Part shown: positions 15,569 through 28,080 of the stretch, piece by piece
Numbering within the stretch: position 1 is the first letter of the stretch
How the letters are laid out: each line of letters opens with the position of its first letter
Assembly: GCA_964016885.1 (NCBI GenBank)
Contig: OZ024754.1
Coordinates: 124,001-188,000, forward strand
DNA from: Eledone cirrhosa
Lineage: Eukaryota
Length of the DNA stretch: 64,000 nt
Direction of reading: 5' to 3'
The notes under the pieces: model-generated
The model's database searches: none
Seen by the model: only the letters and a program-made list of their open reading frames with translations
What the model was told of the DNA's origin: nothing
Translations under genes and position numbers: made by a program

Positions 15569-15706
15569 AAAATCCTGGTCTGTTTATTGAATTTGGATTT
15601 AAAAAAACTTTTTTTAAAAAACTGTTTTTAAAATCCAAATTTAAAAAAAAAACTTTTTTTAAAAAACTGTTTTTAAAATCCAAATTCAATAAACAGACCA
15701 GGATTT

Positions 15707-15766
15707 TTTCATTCTGAGGATTGAAAGCAAAATTTTTTGCTTTTAAGAAACCACTGGTAAATGGAA
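15707..15766 (+). ncRNA. Type I hammerhead ribozyme (minimal, PLE-type)
   Basis: Stem I UUUCAUU/AAUGGAA; core CUGAGGA (15714-15720); 12-bp stem II UUGAAAGCAAAA/UUUUGCUUUUAA; GAAA; quasi-palindromic stem III ACCACUGGU; GUA site with predicted cleavage after 15759. Confidence 0.85.
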
Positions 15767-15858
15767 TAATTGCCTTATGTTGTTTATTACATAACTATTA
15801 AGCTCTGTTACCTACATAGAGCACTCTTTTTTCCTGGACTTTTCCGACGGAATTACTT

Positions 15859-15909
<51 letters not shown>

Positions 15910-16096
15910 TAATAAAAACAATGAATAAAAACAAAGAACAAGTTCCTTATATTAAAAAATTCATCATTTTACGATCGTTTCTAGGATATATATGTGTGTT
16001 GGTATGTATATCAATATATATATGTATATATATGTATGTATGTATGTATATATATGCGTGTGTCTGTCTGTCTGTGTGTGTATGTGTCTGTGCGTG

Positions 16097-16131
<35 letters not shown>

Positions 16132-16720
16132 GTCAGTCTATGTGTGTCTGTCTGTCCGTCTGTCTGTCTGTGTCTATCTATGTGTGTTTGTGTGTGTGTG
16201 TATGCATAAAACTTACACAGTTATCTAAATGCAGAACATTAGCCGTATTACCACCCTGAATCAACGCAGACACTCCTTCCTGTTAACATTCTCCACTTTG
16301 TATCCTGTTTCGTCGATTGTGTGACGGTCATTCCCCTTTGCACTCAACTTTCTCGCCGCCTACCCATGTCAGATACCCGTGATAACTCATGTTGTTTAAT
16401 TCATCATCGCCGCCGCCGCCGCCATTATCAACAACAACTGCTGTGAAACTAAACTCTTCCGTTCACAAGTCTCGCTCTGAGTAATGACACAGACTTGTTT
16501 CGATTTCAAAGACCAACCAACCCGTTCTCTTCCCCTCCTCTAACCACACCCCACTATCTTTGTATATTCCTCTTTCTGCATTTACATGTTGAGAACACAT
16601 ACATTACATACGTCTATCATACATTTACATACACACAAACATTACATACATTAACCCTACCATACATCTACATACACACATACAAAATAGATATTCACTC
16701 AAATAAACACACACACACCC

Positions 16721-16782
<62 letters not shown>

Positions 16783-17126
16783 CAAAATGAGCATACTCTC
16801 TCTGGCATACATTCATACACACTCAAACGCATGCCTGCATACATACACGCATTCACAGATATAAACACAGACACATTAACATACGCATACTCAGACATAC
16901 GTGTACACACTTGCAGGGTCACTCCCTCATTTACAGACATAAATACACATGCACATAAGCAGATATACATACATACATACACTGACATACACACAAACAC
17001 CCATATACACTTATATTCACATACATACGCACATTAACATACACACAAACACTGATATAGACACATACATACACACACTGACATAGACACATACACATAC
17101 TAACACATACATATATACACACTGAC

Positions 17127-17740
17127 ATGGCGGCTGCCAACTCGTTTTCGAGTACGGCCACTACTTTATATCCATGTAGGAGAACCCCTACCAATGCGCT
17201 GAACGAGTGTGACTTTTTAGTCCAGCCAGCGACTTGAAAACTCTGGTAGAAACACTACACTTGTGACAATTATTGACACATAGTGCTGGGCCCATGGTAC
17301 CATGTGACGACAAGTGCAGAGAGATCTCCAGATATAAAGCAATGCCTGTGCCGTGAAGCTTTTATAGTGAGCAAAGGAACTGCACAAAGCCAGTCCCACT
17401 CTCTTAACCAAGATGATATTTACCAAAAAGAAGAACAAGTCAACATCATTGGATACCATCAGGGTTGCAGGTGTTATATCAGAGTTTTCCTTCTCCTAGA
17501 ATTCTGCCTTGACAAAGGCTAAGGGGTCATCCCTCCCGGTGATTTTGGATGGCCATTGACTCTTAAGAGCTCCTTTGCCCTTTGACAGGTTTTGTTTTTA
17601 GTCCTGCAGGATGTCCAAAGTCACCCTCCTCACCAAGACACATTGGTGGGGTTGCCAGTTTAGTCGCCAACGACCCGACCATGGGACAGGTTGTACTGGG
17701 ATACATGTTACCAGTAGCACCAACTGGTGACCTGACCATA
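17127..17740 (-). mobile_element. Non-autonomous, internally deleted RTE-derived retroelement (copy 1)
   Basis: Near-identical reverse complement of 60743-61388. Carries the RTE 5'UTR-like motif ctaggagaaggaaaactctga. Flanked by CATA-rich repeats. Confidence 0.7.
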
Positions 17741-17918
17741 ATATATACATATATACATACATATATTCACACATATATACACATATATGCATACATATAT
17801 ATATATACATATACATATATATATACATATATATATATATACATATATACATACATATATATATAGATATATACATACATACATGCATACACACATATAC
17901 ATACACACATACACACAC

Positions 17919-17981
<63 letters not shown>

Positions 17982-18296
17982 CATATATATACACACATAT
18001 ATATATATACACACATACATACAGACATGTATATAAACCACCCGTGGTTTGTCAGGCAGTCCCTGTACCCGACTTCCGTTAATTCATCGTTAAATTCTTC
18101 GGGAAAGGTTGGGTGAGTGTACGTATATATATCTGTGTGTATGTATGTACGAATGTATGTGCATACATGTATATGGTTGCGTATGTCACTTTGTTTATAT
18201 GTATATATGTGTGTACGTATGTATGTATGTACGTATGTATGTACGTATGTATCTATGTATATATGTATGTATGTATGTATGTAATGTATGTAGGTT

Positions 18297-18368
18297 TATG
18301 TCAGGTCACCAGTTGGTGCTACTGGTAACATGTATCCTAGTACAACCTGTCTCATGGTCGGGTCATTA
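18297..18368 (+). mobile_element. 5' end only of the same RTE-derived element (copy 3)
   Basis: tcaggtcaccagttggtgctactggtaacatgtatcctagtacaacctgtctcatggtcgggtc follows (TATG)n and is inverted relative to 17670-17737. Confidence 0.8.
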
Positions 18369-18626
18369 TGAAGGAGCAAAATTATCTTGGCACAGTTGCC
18401 GGAAAATTCGTTCATTGAGGGAATGCCGTTTGATAAAATTGATGACATCAATGGCCACCTGCTAGGACCTGCTCAGCGGCTTGCTGAGTTTCTTCGCAGC
18501 CAAGTGTTGTCAATGAATGACACAATGAACAACAAATACAGATAGATTTTCTCTCTTCAGAAGAGTGACGAAACCCTTATGTTGGCCGACCATTGCTCTT
18601 GCGTCGTCTGTAGCACATGATGCAAT
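18368..18626 (-). pseudogene. hAT (Buster/Charlie, ZBED5/SCAND3-like) transposase fragment
   Basis: Hand translation: IASCATDDARAMVGQHKGFVTLLKRENLSVFVVHCVIH*QHLAAKKLSKPLSRS*QVAIDVINFIKRHSLNERIFRQLCQD. Shows the TDxA and CxxH motifs and two in-frame stops. Confidence 0.85.
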
Positions 18627-19022
18627 GTGTGTGTTGTATTTTGTCCTAGATGTATATATTACCTCTCTGTGTGTTGTAGGTAGTCCTAGATGTATGTATT
18701 ACCTGCTTATGTATTGCATGTGGTCCCAGCTGTATGTATTACCTGCTTGTGTGTTGTATGTGGTCTTAGATGTTTGTATTATCTGACTATGTGTTGTATG
18801 TGGTCCTAGATGTTTGGATTACCTGCTTATGTGTTGTATGTGGTCCTAAATGTATGTATTACCTGCCTGTGTGTTGTATGTGGTCCTAGATGTGTGTGTG
18901 CTACCTCCTTATGTGTTGTATGTCGTCCTAGATGCGTGTATTACCTGCTTATGTGTGGTATGTGGTCCTAGATGTGTGCATTATCCGATTTTGTGTTGTA
19001 TGTGGTCCTAGATGTGTGTGCT
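18627..19022. repeat. ~38-bp minisatellite, ~10 copies
   Basis: Unit tgtgttgtatgtggtcctagatgtatgtattacctgct. Confidence 0.9.
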
Positions 19023-20493
19023 ACTGCGCTTCTGTTTTTTTTTATTTGTAATATTATTTATATAATAGGAAATAAAATAGATCTACATAGTGTTAACTCG
19101 TTACGGTTGAGTCAATAATTTCAGACATGAAATACATTGTTATCGGTGAATGAAAGACAAGATTCTAACTGGTTGCACTCAAAGTGTTCTTGACCCAGTT
19201 GACTGTGGGTTTTTCTATTTTTAGGATCGGTTAACGTCTCAATTACTGGACATGCATGCACACCTGCTCACAGCTGCGGTCAGACCATAGTTATGCTGTC
19301 TGCATGCTCATTCAAATGCATTAACACAGGCTGTCTCAAAGACATACAAATATGGCTTATAAAACTTACCAAAGTAAATAGCCTTCCAGTGCCCCCCAAA
19401 ACACCAAACGCCCTCTAACGCCTCCTTACTCCCAAACGCCCCCTCCCCTATGGAGTTCCGAAACGCCCTCCCGGGGGGTGCATATGCCCCCCGTTGAGAA
19501 CCTTTGATCTGAACGAAAGGAAGTTTTTTTTGTATTAAAACAAATAATTGTTCCGATTCGATCACCAATAACTTAATTATTTCGTTTCGAATTATCAATA
19601 AAATATTGGTTATATTTATTATTTAATTCGGTAAAATGGTCCACACTAAATATTTTGTAAATTCATATCGTTTGACGTGTTTATCAAATATATTAACGTA
19701 TATACATGTATACACATGTATATACACATGTATAGGTTATGTTGCTGTCTGCTAATTATTGTTTTGTACTCAAAACACACAATACCATTTTTATTTCATT
19801 TATCAATGGTTCATTTGTATGTGGCAATTAGATCATAGCTGACCACCCGCGGATCATTTTGTACGAGTCTCTTATTACCTAGCAACACTCACCTCTGCCT
19901 ATGTGTCTAACATCCGGTTCAATGGCTACTATTAATTCATGGCTATAACCACATCCTTTCTTGAAAGGGGTTAGGGGTGGGCAGCTTGCGACAAAGAGCG
20001 GGGTATCACGCAGAGAGTAGTTGTTGTAAGAGAAGGAGAAGATGATGATGATGAAGAAAGAAAGAAAGGAAGAAAGAAGAAGAAGAAGAAGAAATGGAGG
20101 AGGAGCAGAAGATGAAACAACAGGTGCTATTGTTTTGAAAAATGTCACTTTGTTATTTTTCTTGGAGGTATCCACGTATGTTTTATATTGCCATGTATTA
20201 ATATATATATCTTCTCGTCAATGTTCGCAAGTTCTTATGTTCAAATGAATCACCTGACTTGATTTTCTCATTTTTTCTCTCTTTACGTTGCCTCACCTTC
20301 TTGTTTGTTCACCTGTCTCTCTTTCTCCACCCAATTCTTTTTATCCCAATAACTTATTTTAGTTATTGCTCGCGCTAGCCGGAGTTATCTGATCTTTACT
20401 GCGAAGAAATACCTATGATGGCTAGTAGATCACTGATGATGGATAGTCCCGGCTTCTCTTTCTAATTTTTACTTCATATGTATCACATTTTTC

Positions 20494-20530
<37 letters not shown>

Positions 20531-20535
<5 letters not shown>

Positions 20536-20711
20536 TAAAATAACAGATTAAAGTTTAAGCAAAGAATCGCTGCTTTCACCCTTAACGCGATCTTCTGAAA
20601 CTAATTTCAGAAGATTTGCTCTACGGTTTTGCTCTACGGTTCTTATATATTTGATATATATTTATCCTTATCGAGCCCTCTTTGGATTTTAGTCTTCAAA
20701 TTTATTATTAT

Positions 20712-20716
<5 letters not shown>
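20531..20716. mobile_element. PLE-like terminal fragment family C, rearranged, between (TA)n tracts
   Basis: Inverted part, then short hairpin atcttctgaaa/tttcagaagat, then a jump to a duplicated ttgctctacggtt and the forward 3' end. Homologous to 22143-22377 and 33110-33428. Confidence 0.7.
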
Positions 20717-20749
<33 letters not shown>

Positions 20750-20751
<2 letters not shown>

Positions 20752-20873
20752 CGAAGGAAGAGTGGTAAGGAACCAGATGGACCATAACGCACCAGAGTAC
20801 TCAATACTCAGTACGTCCAGAAATAGCCGTCGAAACGGCTTGAGCTCTGCCGTCGGGGTCAAACATTTTCCTA
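20750..20873. mobile_element. PLE-like family A, inverted plus forward pieces
   Basis: taaggaaccagatggaccataacgc (reverse complement of the 35760-35790 region) joined to agccgtcgaaacggcttgagctctgccgtcgg. Confidence 0.7.
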
Positions 20874-20896
20874 TATTTTATATTGATAATAATAAT

Positions 20897-21081
20897 TGTT
20901 TCTACTTTAGGCACAAGGCCAGCAATTACCCAGTGCATTACTGGTACTTTATTTTATCGACCCCGTAAGGATGAAAGGCAAAGTCAACTTCGGCTGGATT
21001 TGAACTCAGATCTTAAAGGGACGTAACTATGCTGGAAAGCATGACGTCCGACCCTCTACCGATACTGCCAATCCACCGCCC
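20897..21081 (-). mobile_element. Young full-length Octopus-type SINE with 18-bp TSD
   Basis: Head gggcggtggattggcagtatcggtag and B-box gagttcaaatcc on minus. TSD tatattgataataataat at 20879-20896 and 21082-21099. Confidence 0.9.
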
Positions 21082-21734
21082 TATATTGATAATAATAATG
21101 CAACTAGTAAAATCAATATATTTTATAGAATTGTTTCTCTTAACGTTCGTGCTAGAAGCCCCTTATATATTTGGTAATGTGTAGAAAGAGCTAAACACCT
21201 AATGTTATCAAAATAAATGAAAACATAAATACATAAGAAAATCTAACTTAGAACACATTCTTATGAGGACCTTTAAGAGGATTAGACATATTGTATAAAT
21301 AAAAAGAGAAAGAGGTTACACATTTTTTACTAAGAAATTTACAAGAATGTACAGTATAGAATAATTATTGGCAACGTAAATAAATAATCAGTTGAATTAG
21401 AAGCGGTTGAAAAACAAGTTGTTATAAAATTAACTGCAGTAACATCAATTAAATAACGAATGCTTAATACATTGATGGTTAAATAGGAGGTAGCTAATTT
21501 AATAATTAAATAATTATAATAACTGGAGGGACAAAAAATTTAGTCTAGTTTTAAACAATTAATTGATGAAATTAAAAGGTGGAATTCTAAGTGAAATCAA
21601 AGTTTTCTGTTTAATGACTACAATCTGAGAAGCTGTGACTGGTAGTGGAAATATATTGTTGCTATTAGTGACAAGGAAATTGACGTGGAACATATTTTCT
21701 ATCAAGCTGAAATCAGAAATATATTATATAAAAA

Positions 21735-21925
21735 CGGTTTCTTATATAGATACAAGGCCTGAAGATTTGGGGTGGGGGAAGTTGATTTTATCGAACCCCA
21801 GTACGAGATTGTTACTCTATTTTATCGACATCGGAAGAATGAATTGGTGTGATTTGACCTCATAACGTAAAAAACAGAAACCAATATTGCTACACATTTA
21901 TCTGACGCTCTAACGACTCTGAACT
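21735..21925 (-). mobile_element. Octopus-type SINE (decayed)
   Basis: acaaggcctgaa...ttttatcgac...acgctctaacgactctg. Confidence 0.7.
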
Positions 21926-22142
21926 CTGTAAACGATATAATAATATGAAATTGTAAGGATGATTGTTATAATATACTAGACACCAGTATGGGTGTTTTAT
22001 TTTTTATTTAATACAATCTTACCTAGTTATATATTATATATATTTTTCCCGTTTATATATACATATAAACGGAAAAAATGAAACGAAATTTCATTTCTCA
22101 CTCTTAGTACGGCTGTTACTTATATATATATATATATATATA

Positions 22143-22374
22143 TAGTAATAATAATAAATTTGAAGACTAAAATCCAAAGAGGGCTCGATAAGGATAAATA
22201 TATATCAAATATATAAGAACCGTAGAGCAAATATTTATTAAAGTAACAGATTAAAATTTAAGCAAAGAATCGCTGATTTCACCCTTAACGGGATCTTCTG
22301 AAACTCAAGTTTCAGAAGATCCCGTTAAGGGTGAAAGCGACGATTCTTTGCTTAAACTTTAATCTGTTATTTTA

Positions 22375-22377
<3 letters not shown>
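22143..22377. mobile_element. PLE-like family C fold-back copy between (TA)n tracts
   Basis: ~69-bp arms at 22237-22305 / 22308-22376 with a 2-nt loop. HHR-like CAGAAGA-TCCC-GTTAA-GGG-T-GAAAG. Confidence 0.75.
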
Positions 22378-22407
<30 letters not shown>

Positions 22408-22413
22408 ATATAT

Positions 22414-22510
<97 letters not shown>

Positions 22511-22529
22511 ATATTATATATATATATAT

Positions 22530-22561
<32 letters not shown>

Positions 22562-22782
22562 ATATGATGCAGAAACACATTTACAGCTTTCAACCTCCGG
22601 AGATAAATCAACTGTCACAATCACTAACTGCAACAATCCCATTCAAGTAATGTCCTACTAACTCACACCTTCTGTTAATTCAAACAGCCATAAATATAAA
22701 AGTGTGTGCAAGATCGACAGAGAGACAGGAACAGAGGGGGTTCTGTCGTAAATTATGTAGGAACACATTGGAAAAGGCTATC

Positions 22783-22850
<68 letters not shown>

Positions 22851-22904
22851 GGAACTGGCTGTTGAAATGGTAAGAGCTCAGCCACCGGGATCTGACCCAT
22901 TCTA

Positions 22905-22955
<51 letters not shown>

Positions 22956-23045
22956 CTATATCACCTTGATCACCTTCCTTGACCGACCAGTCTGTCGGGC
23001 GTCCATTCGGCGCCGCTGGTCACAGCACATCGTGCTGTTTTAGCC

Positions 23046-23046
<1 letters not shown>

Positions 23047-23079
<33 letters not shown>

Positions 23080-23174
23080 GTATATGTATGTATATATATG
23101 TATATGTATGTATATGTATGTATATATATGTATATGTATGTATATATATGTATATATATGTATGTATATATATG

Positions 23175-23227
<53 letters not shown>

Positions 23228-23509
23228 GTATATATATGTATGTATATATATGTATATATATATGTATATGTATATATATATGTATATATATATGTATATG
23301 TATATATATATGTATATATATATGTATATATGTATATGTATATATGTATATGTGTATATGTATGTATATATGTATATGTATGTATATGTATATATATATA
23401 TGTATATGTATATATATATATGTATATGTATATATGTATATGTATATATGTATATGTATATATATATGTACATATATATGTATATATATGTACATATATA
23501 TGTATATAT

Positions 23510-23560
<51 letters not shown>
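23047..23560. repeat. (TA)n/(TATG) compound microsatellite
   Basis: Direct reading. Confidence 0.95.
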
Positions 23561-24601
23561 CAGAACTGATTTAGCCTATTACCAATTTCCAGCAGCATTG
23601 TTTATTATACCCAGGACTGTCTTAACTGAAATGTCTTTCTTATTTCAAAGGAGATTTTAGCTGCTATCTTCAGCATATCAAGTGACCACATAGCGGCTCC
23701 TGTTCCACTAGCACGACTGGTCGTGCTGTTTGTGTGTTATTTGATTTGTGGCAAGCCTATTTTAGTTGTAAAAAGAATTTTTAGAGCAAGGCCGACATTT
23801 TTTCTACACTCCAATTGTCCGATTTCAAGTGGCGGAAAAGGGGAGTGGGGGGAGGAGAAGAAAGAAGAGGAGGAAGCAAATACAACAGTAACAACAACAA
23901 TAACAGTAACAATGGTAATAACAAAAGTCTGGACATATTGTAAGTACACATTGGAAGAGGGCTTTGACCTTCAAGACCGGAATATCTGTTCTGTTAAGAT
24001 AAACCTACAATGACGTCATTCTTAAACAGCAGCTGCCGGGCGCGAACGCTGGCTTCTGTTATCTCCAGTGTCCCATTGAGAGCCACAGCCAGGCTGTTGC
24101 TGTTGTTGTTGTAAATATTTTAACATTTATTGTTGTTGCTATTGTTGTTTTGATACTTTTTTATGTTGTTTTTGTTGTTGCTGTTGTTGCTGCTGCTTTT
24201 CTTGCTGTTGTTGTTTCTGTTGTTGTTTTAGTTCTTGCAGTTGTTGTTGTTGCTGTTCTTGTAGCTGTTGTTGTTGCTGTTCTTGTAGCTGTTGTTGTTG
24301 CTGTTGTTGTTGTTGTTGTTCTTTTGTTTTTATTGCTGTTATTGTTAGTTCGATTCGTTCGGGCTTTCTCAGTTCAAATCCCGCCGAGCAAACTTTACAT
24401 TTCATTCTTCCGAGTTCCACGAAAAAGCTCCAGTCTAGTACTTTTCTTCTTCTATATCTCACATTCGCCTCTTCTCTATCATTCCTGGAGAGAGGATGAA
24501 CTCTGCGAGTTGAAGATGTTCAACAACTCCGTAAAATAATTGTACAGAAAGAACAATGATAATAATATATTATATGTTTATATGTTTATATATGTTTATA
24601 C

Positions 24602-24635
<34 letters not shown>

Positions 24636-24639
<4 letters not shown>

Positions 24640-24937
24640 AAAAAAAGATGAAATCGAAAATGCAACTGGAATCTTATTTTAAAAAATATATATATATTTA
24701 TTTGGTTCCTTTACCGGTTTCGCAGTTCTTCTGCTTTTCAAAAGTAGAGTTGAGATTGAGGGTCTGTGGTTTTCTCACATCTGAGAATGTAAGAAAAACC
24801 ACAGAGGAACCAAATAAATATATATATATTTTTTAAAATAAGATTCCAGTTGCATTTTCGATTTCATCTTTTTTTCTTTCACTCGTGTAGGACACCTCGG
24901 TTATTTTTCATTTTGTAAAAAAAACCTCACTTTCTAA
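24636..24937. mobile_element. PLE-like family D fold-back copy next to (TA)n
   Basis: ~75-bp inverted arms at 24636-24710 / 24805-24879, plus an inner hairpin tctgtggttttct...agaaaaaccacaga. Related to 56365-56630. Confidence 0.7.
24707..24746 (-). ncRNA. Minimal type I hammerhead ribozyme, U3-A8 core variant
   Basis: Minus strand UACUU UUGAAAA GCAG AAGAA CUGC GAAA CCGG UA AAGGA: stem II GCAG/CUGC, palindromic ACCGGU stem III, GUA site, short stem I. Confidence 0.6.
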
Positions 24938-25759
24938 TATATATATAAATGTGTGTGTGTGTATGTATGTGTGTGTGTGTGTGTGTGTCTGTGCGTGAGA
25001 GAGAGAGAGAGAGAGAGGGGGGTATGATTTACATCCATCTGCGAGTGTCATGTTTGAGTACAGCTGTTCAAGTTTACAGATTATTCTCTACACTGGACTT
25101 GTGACAAAACTTGTGATAGAATAACCATCGAAATACGTGTACAAGTCTCCCAATATATAATGCAATTGTTATCATCATCTGCGCAGTGGAAAGACAAGAT
25201 GGTGAATTGTGAAAAATAGAGGGAAAATAGGTGGATTTCGCAAAGATATCTTCTTCAACACTTTAAAAGCACGTGAACAAACGCACGAGCAGGAATATAT
25301 CTGAGAGAAGGTTTGACGTGCTAGAAATAGCACGACAGTCTCCCCATAAATTACTCCCATTTGTCTATAATATGGCTTCTGATATTGGCGGAACATCAGC
25401 AGAGAAGGGTGACTATATTGACGCCAGTACTTGACTGATACTTTATGACTTTTTTTGTCTGTCTTGGGAGAATGAAGGTGAAAGCTGATCTCGGTGTGAT
25501 TTGATCCTAGAACTTAAAGGACTGAAATAAATATTGCTAAGCATTTGTCCATTGTTCTAACAACTGCGTCAATTCACCGCCTTCGTTGTCTATGACATGA
25601 ATAATAATTTAGATAATATAGTTCTTGATAAATATGAGAAAAAAAATATATATAAGAAGGGTTAACCATGAATTATATATAGTTAGATGTGAAATATGGT
25701 TCTTTATATAGAAACATAACCACAGACACACAGAGACACAGAGACACACGCACACAGAC

Positions 25760-25807
<48 letters not shown>

Positions 25808-25971
25808 ACACTCACACACACCCACACGCACACACGCACGCACGCACGCACGTACGCACGCACGCACACGAATCAAAGAATCTCTATAATATCATCCATA
25901 TTCTACTTTCCTTAAATATAGAGCATTATGTTGAATAATTTTACTGGTCTTAACTAGTAACAGCTCGTTTA

Positions 25972-26083
<112 letters not shown>

Positions 26084-27188
26084 ATGTGAAACTGCGATGA
26101 TATCCAACAATGGTTAGCTGATGATTAGAAGTTATTCGATTCTCTGTCCATGCTATTCCATTTGGTTTATTGCCTCCCTGTAATTTTTCTCCTTCCCGCT
26201 GTTTCTTTTTCACCCCTTTTCTATTTTTACTCTTAATATGCTTATTATTTTTTACTTGCCTTCGTTTTCCTTTATTCCCTATGTCCTCTTTTATAATAGA
26301 TATATGTAGATATATGATTATATGCCCATACACACATACATTTCTGTATCTATCTATCTATCTATTGCTTTTGTTGAAGTGTAAAACACAAAAGTTCTCA
26401 ATACGGCTCCATCAGGTTGACTCTCTCTATCTTTATTATTAATATTATTAATGATGCTGTAATTTGAATATGTAAATTTACCGGATAGTTGTCTCTGATG
26501 ATCTGATTAAGTTAACATCGTATTTGAAATTGAGTGGCACTGCTTCTAGTGTTCAGCAATTTTTAGACAACTTAATCAGTGAAACAATTGTTAGACTGTA
26601 AATAAATCCCTTTTTTGTACTGTTGACCATGTTATTCTCCACTTTTTCAATTTTATATATATATAAAATTGCATACATATGTTCATACATACATATGTTC
26701 ATATACGTACATACATACCCCCATATATATATACACACACACATAGATAGATGTGTACATATACGTAAATACATACGCTCCACACACGTACAGACACACA
26801 CACACACACATATATATATATACACATACATGGTGGTTTTAGTGGACAGCCAATTGTTGTCGGTTGAGTGAACAACCGAAGTGAACATAAGATTATTGGA
26901 CATGCAATGCATAAATTGATGAGTGTTTGCTCTTTATAGATATATTCAGTCGCATGTGCAGCTATGCATGTATGCATGTTAGCATATTTATAGGCATACA
27001 TAAAGAGATGTAGGCATGTGTGTTCATTCGTATTTTGCTTAGGATTGTATTCAGGGATTGGCATATGCATACATGTGCAGCCCTCTCTCTCTCTCTCTCT
27101 ATAGCGTGAAATGGAAAACTTAATACCTTGTGGTATTTGGCCTCATATCAAACACATATATAGGTATGTACGTACACACACAGATGTT

Positions 27189-27231
<43 letters not shown>

Positions 27232-27756
27232 ATATATATACGTGTTTATATATATATGTGTGTGTGTGTATAACACATAGAGAAACTAAAGTTGACGCAG
27301 TTTTCATTGTTAGATGCTCACGCACAGACAGACAGACAGAAAGACAAACAGCCAGGCAGAGAAGGGGGAAGACGGAGTGAAAGGCAAACAGAGAGAGAGA
27401 GAGAGAGAGAGAAGAGGGGGTGAAAGGCAGACAAACAGCCTGAGAGAATTTAATGTCAGACGAATTGAGAGAGAAACATGTAAAGAGACAGATAACTGCA
27501 ACAATTTCAATGTCGTATCATTAATAACTGATCACGAGATTATTCTAATGCATTGTCGTGCAGCAACAGTAACATCTGCTGCAGTGGCGGCAACAGCAGC
27601 AACAACATTAACATCTGCTGCAGTGGCAGCAACAGCAGTAATGCTGTGTTTCTATTTTGTGCCACTGCAAATTGATGCACAAATCCTAGAAAGACTAAAT
27701 AATTACGTCACATGTTTGTACAGATTGTCTAGCTCTTTGGACATGCTGGTATATAT

Positions 27757-27798
<42 letters not shown>

Positions 27799-27944
27799 TG
27801 GAGAGTTAACGGCTATCCAATATTTTTAAAGCTGGCGGAACCCATCGTTCTCCCGGTCTAAATACAGTGGGTTTCTTCCAGAGAAGAAAAGAGAGAGAGT
27901 GAGAGAATGGAAGAGTGAATAAGAGACACAGAGGAAAAATGTAC

Positions 27945-28080
27945 CTCGGTACTAGACTGGTACTTTTTTTTATCGACCTGGAATGGATGAAAGGCAAAGT
28001 GAACCTCACTGAGATTTGAACTCGGAGAACCGAAACGAATACCACAAGGTATTCTATCCGACGGTCTAACGACTCCTATA
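27945..28080 (-). mobile_element. Octopus-type SINE (partial)
   Basis: ctggtactttttttatcgacctggaatggatgaaaggcaaagt...gatttgaactc. Confidence 0.8.

Larger units (their letters stand above)
15477..15862. mobile_element. PLE 3' end (pLTR) with inverted 5' copy forming a ~320-bp palindrome, flanked by (TA)n
   Basis: ~125-bp arms at 15477-15604 / 15671-15798 with very few mismatches. The right arm continues uniquely to (TA)n at 15862. Each arm has an HHR. Confidence 0.8.

Noticed and set aside
20440-20470. CTGATGA-tgga-tag-tcc motif (similar at ~32241)
   Set aside because: Lacks GAAAC and a cleavage site, so at most a truncated HHR relic; not called as a ribozyme.
24139-24462. PolyQ ORF
   Set aside because: (GTT/GCT)n tract fused to a SINE fragment.
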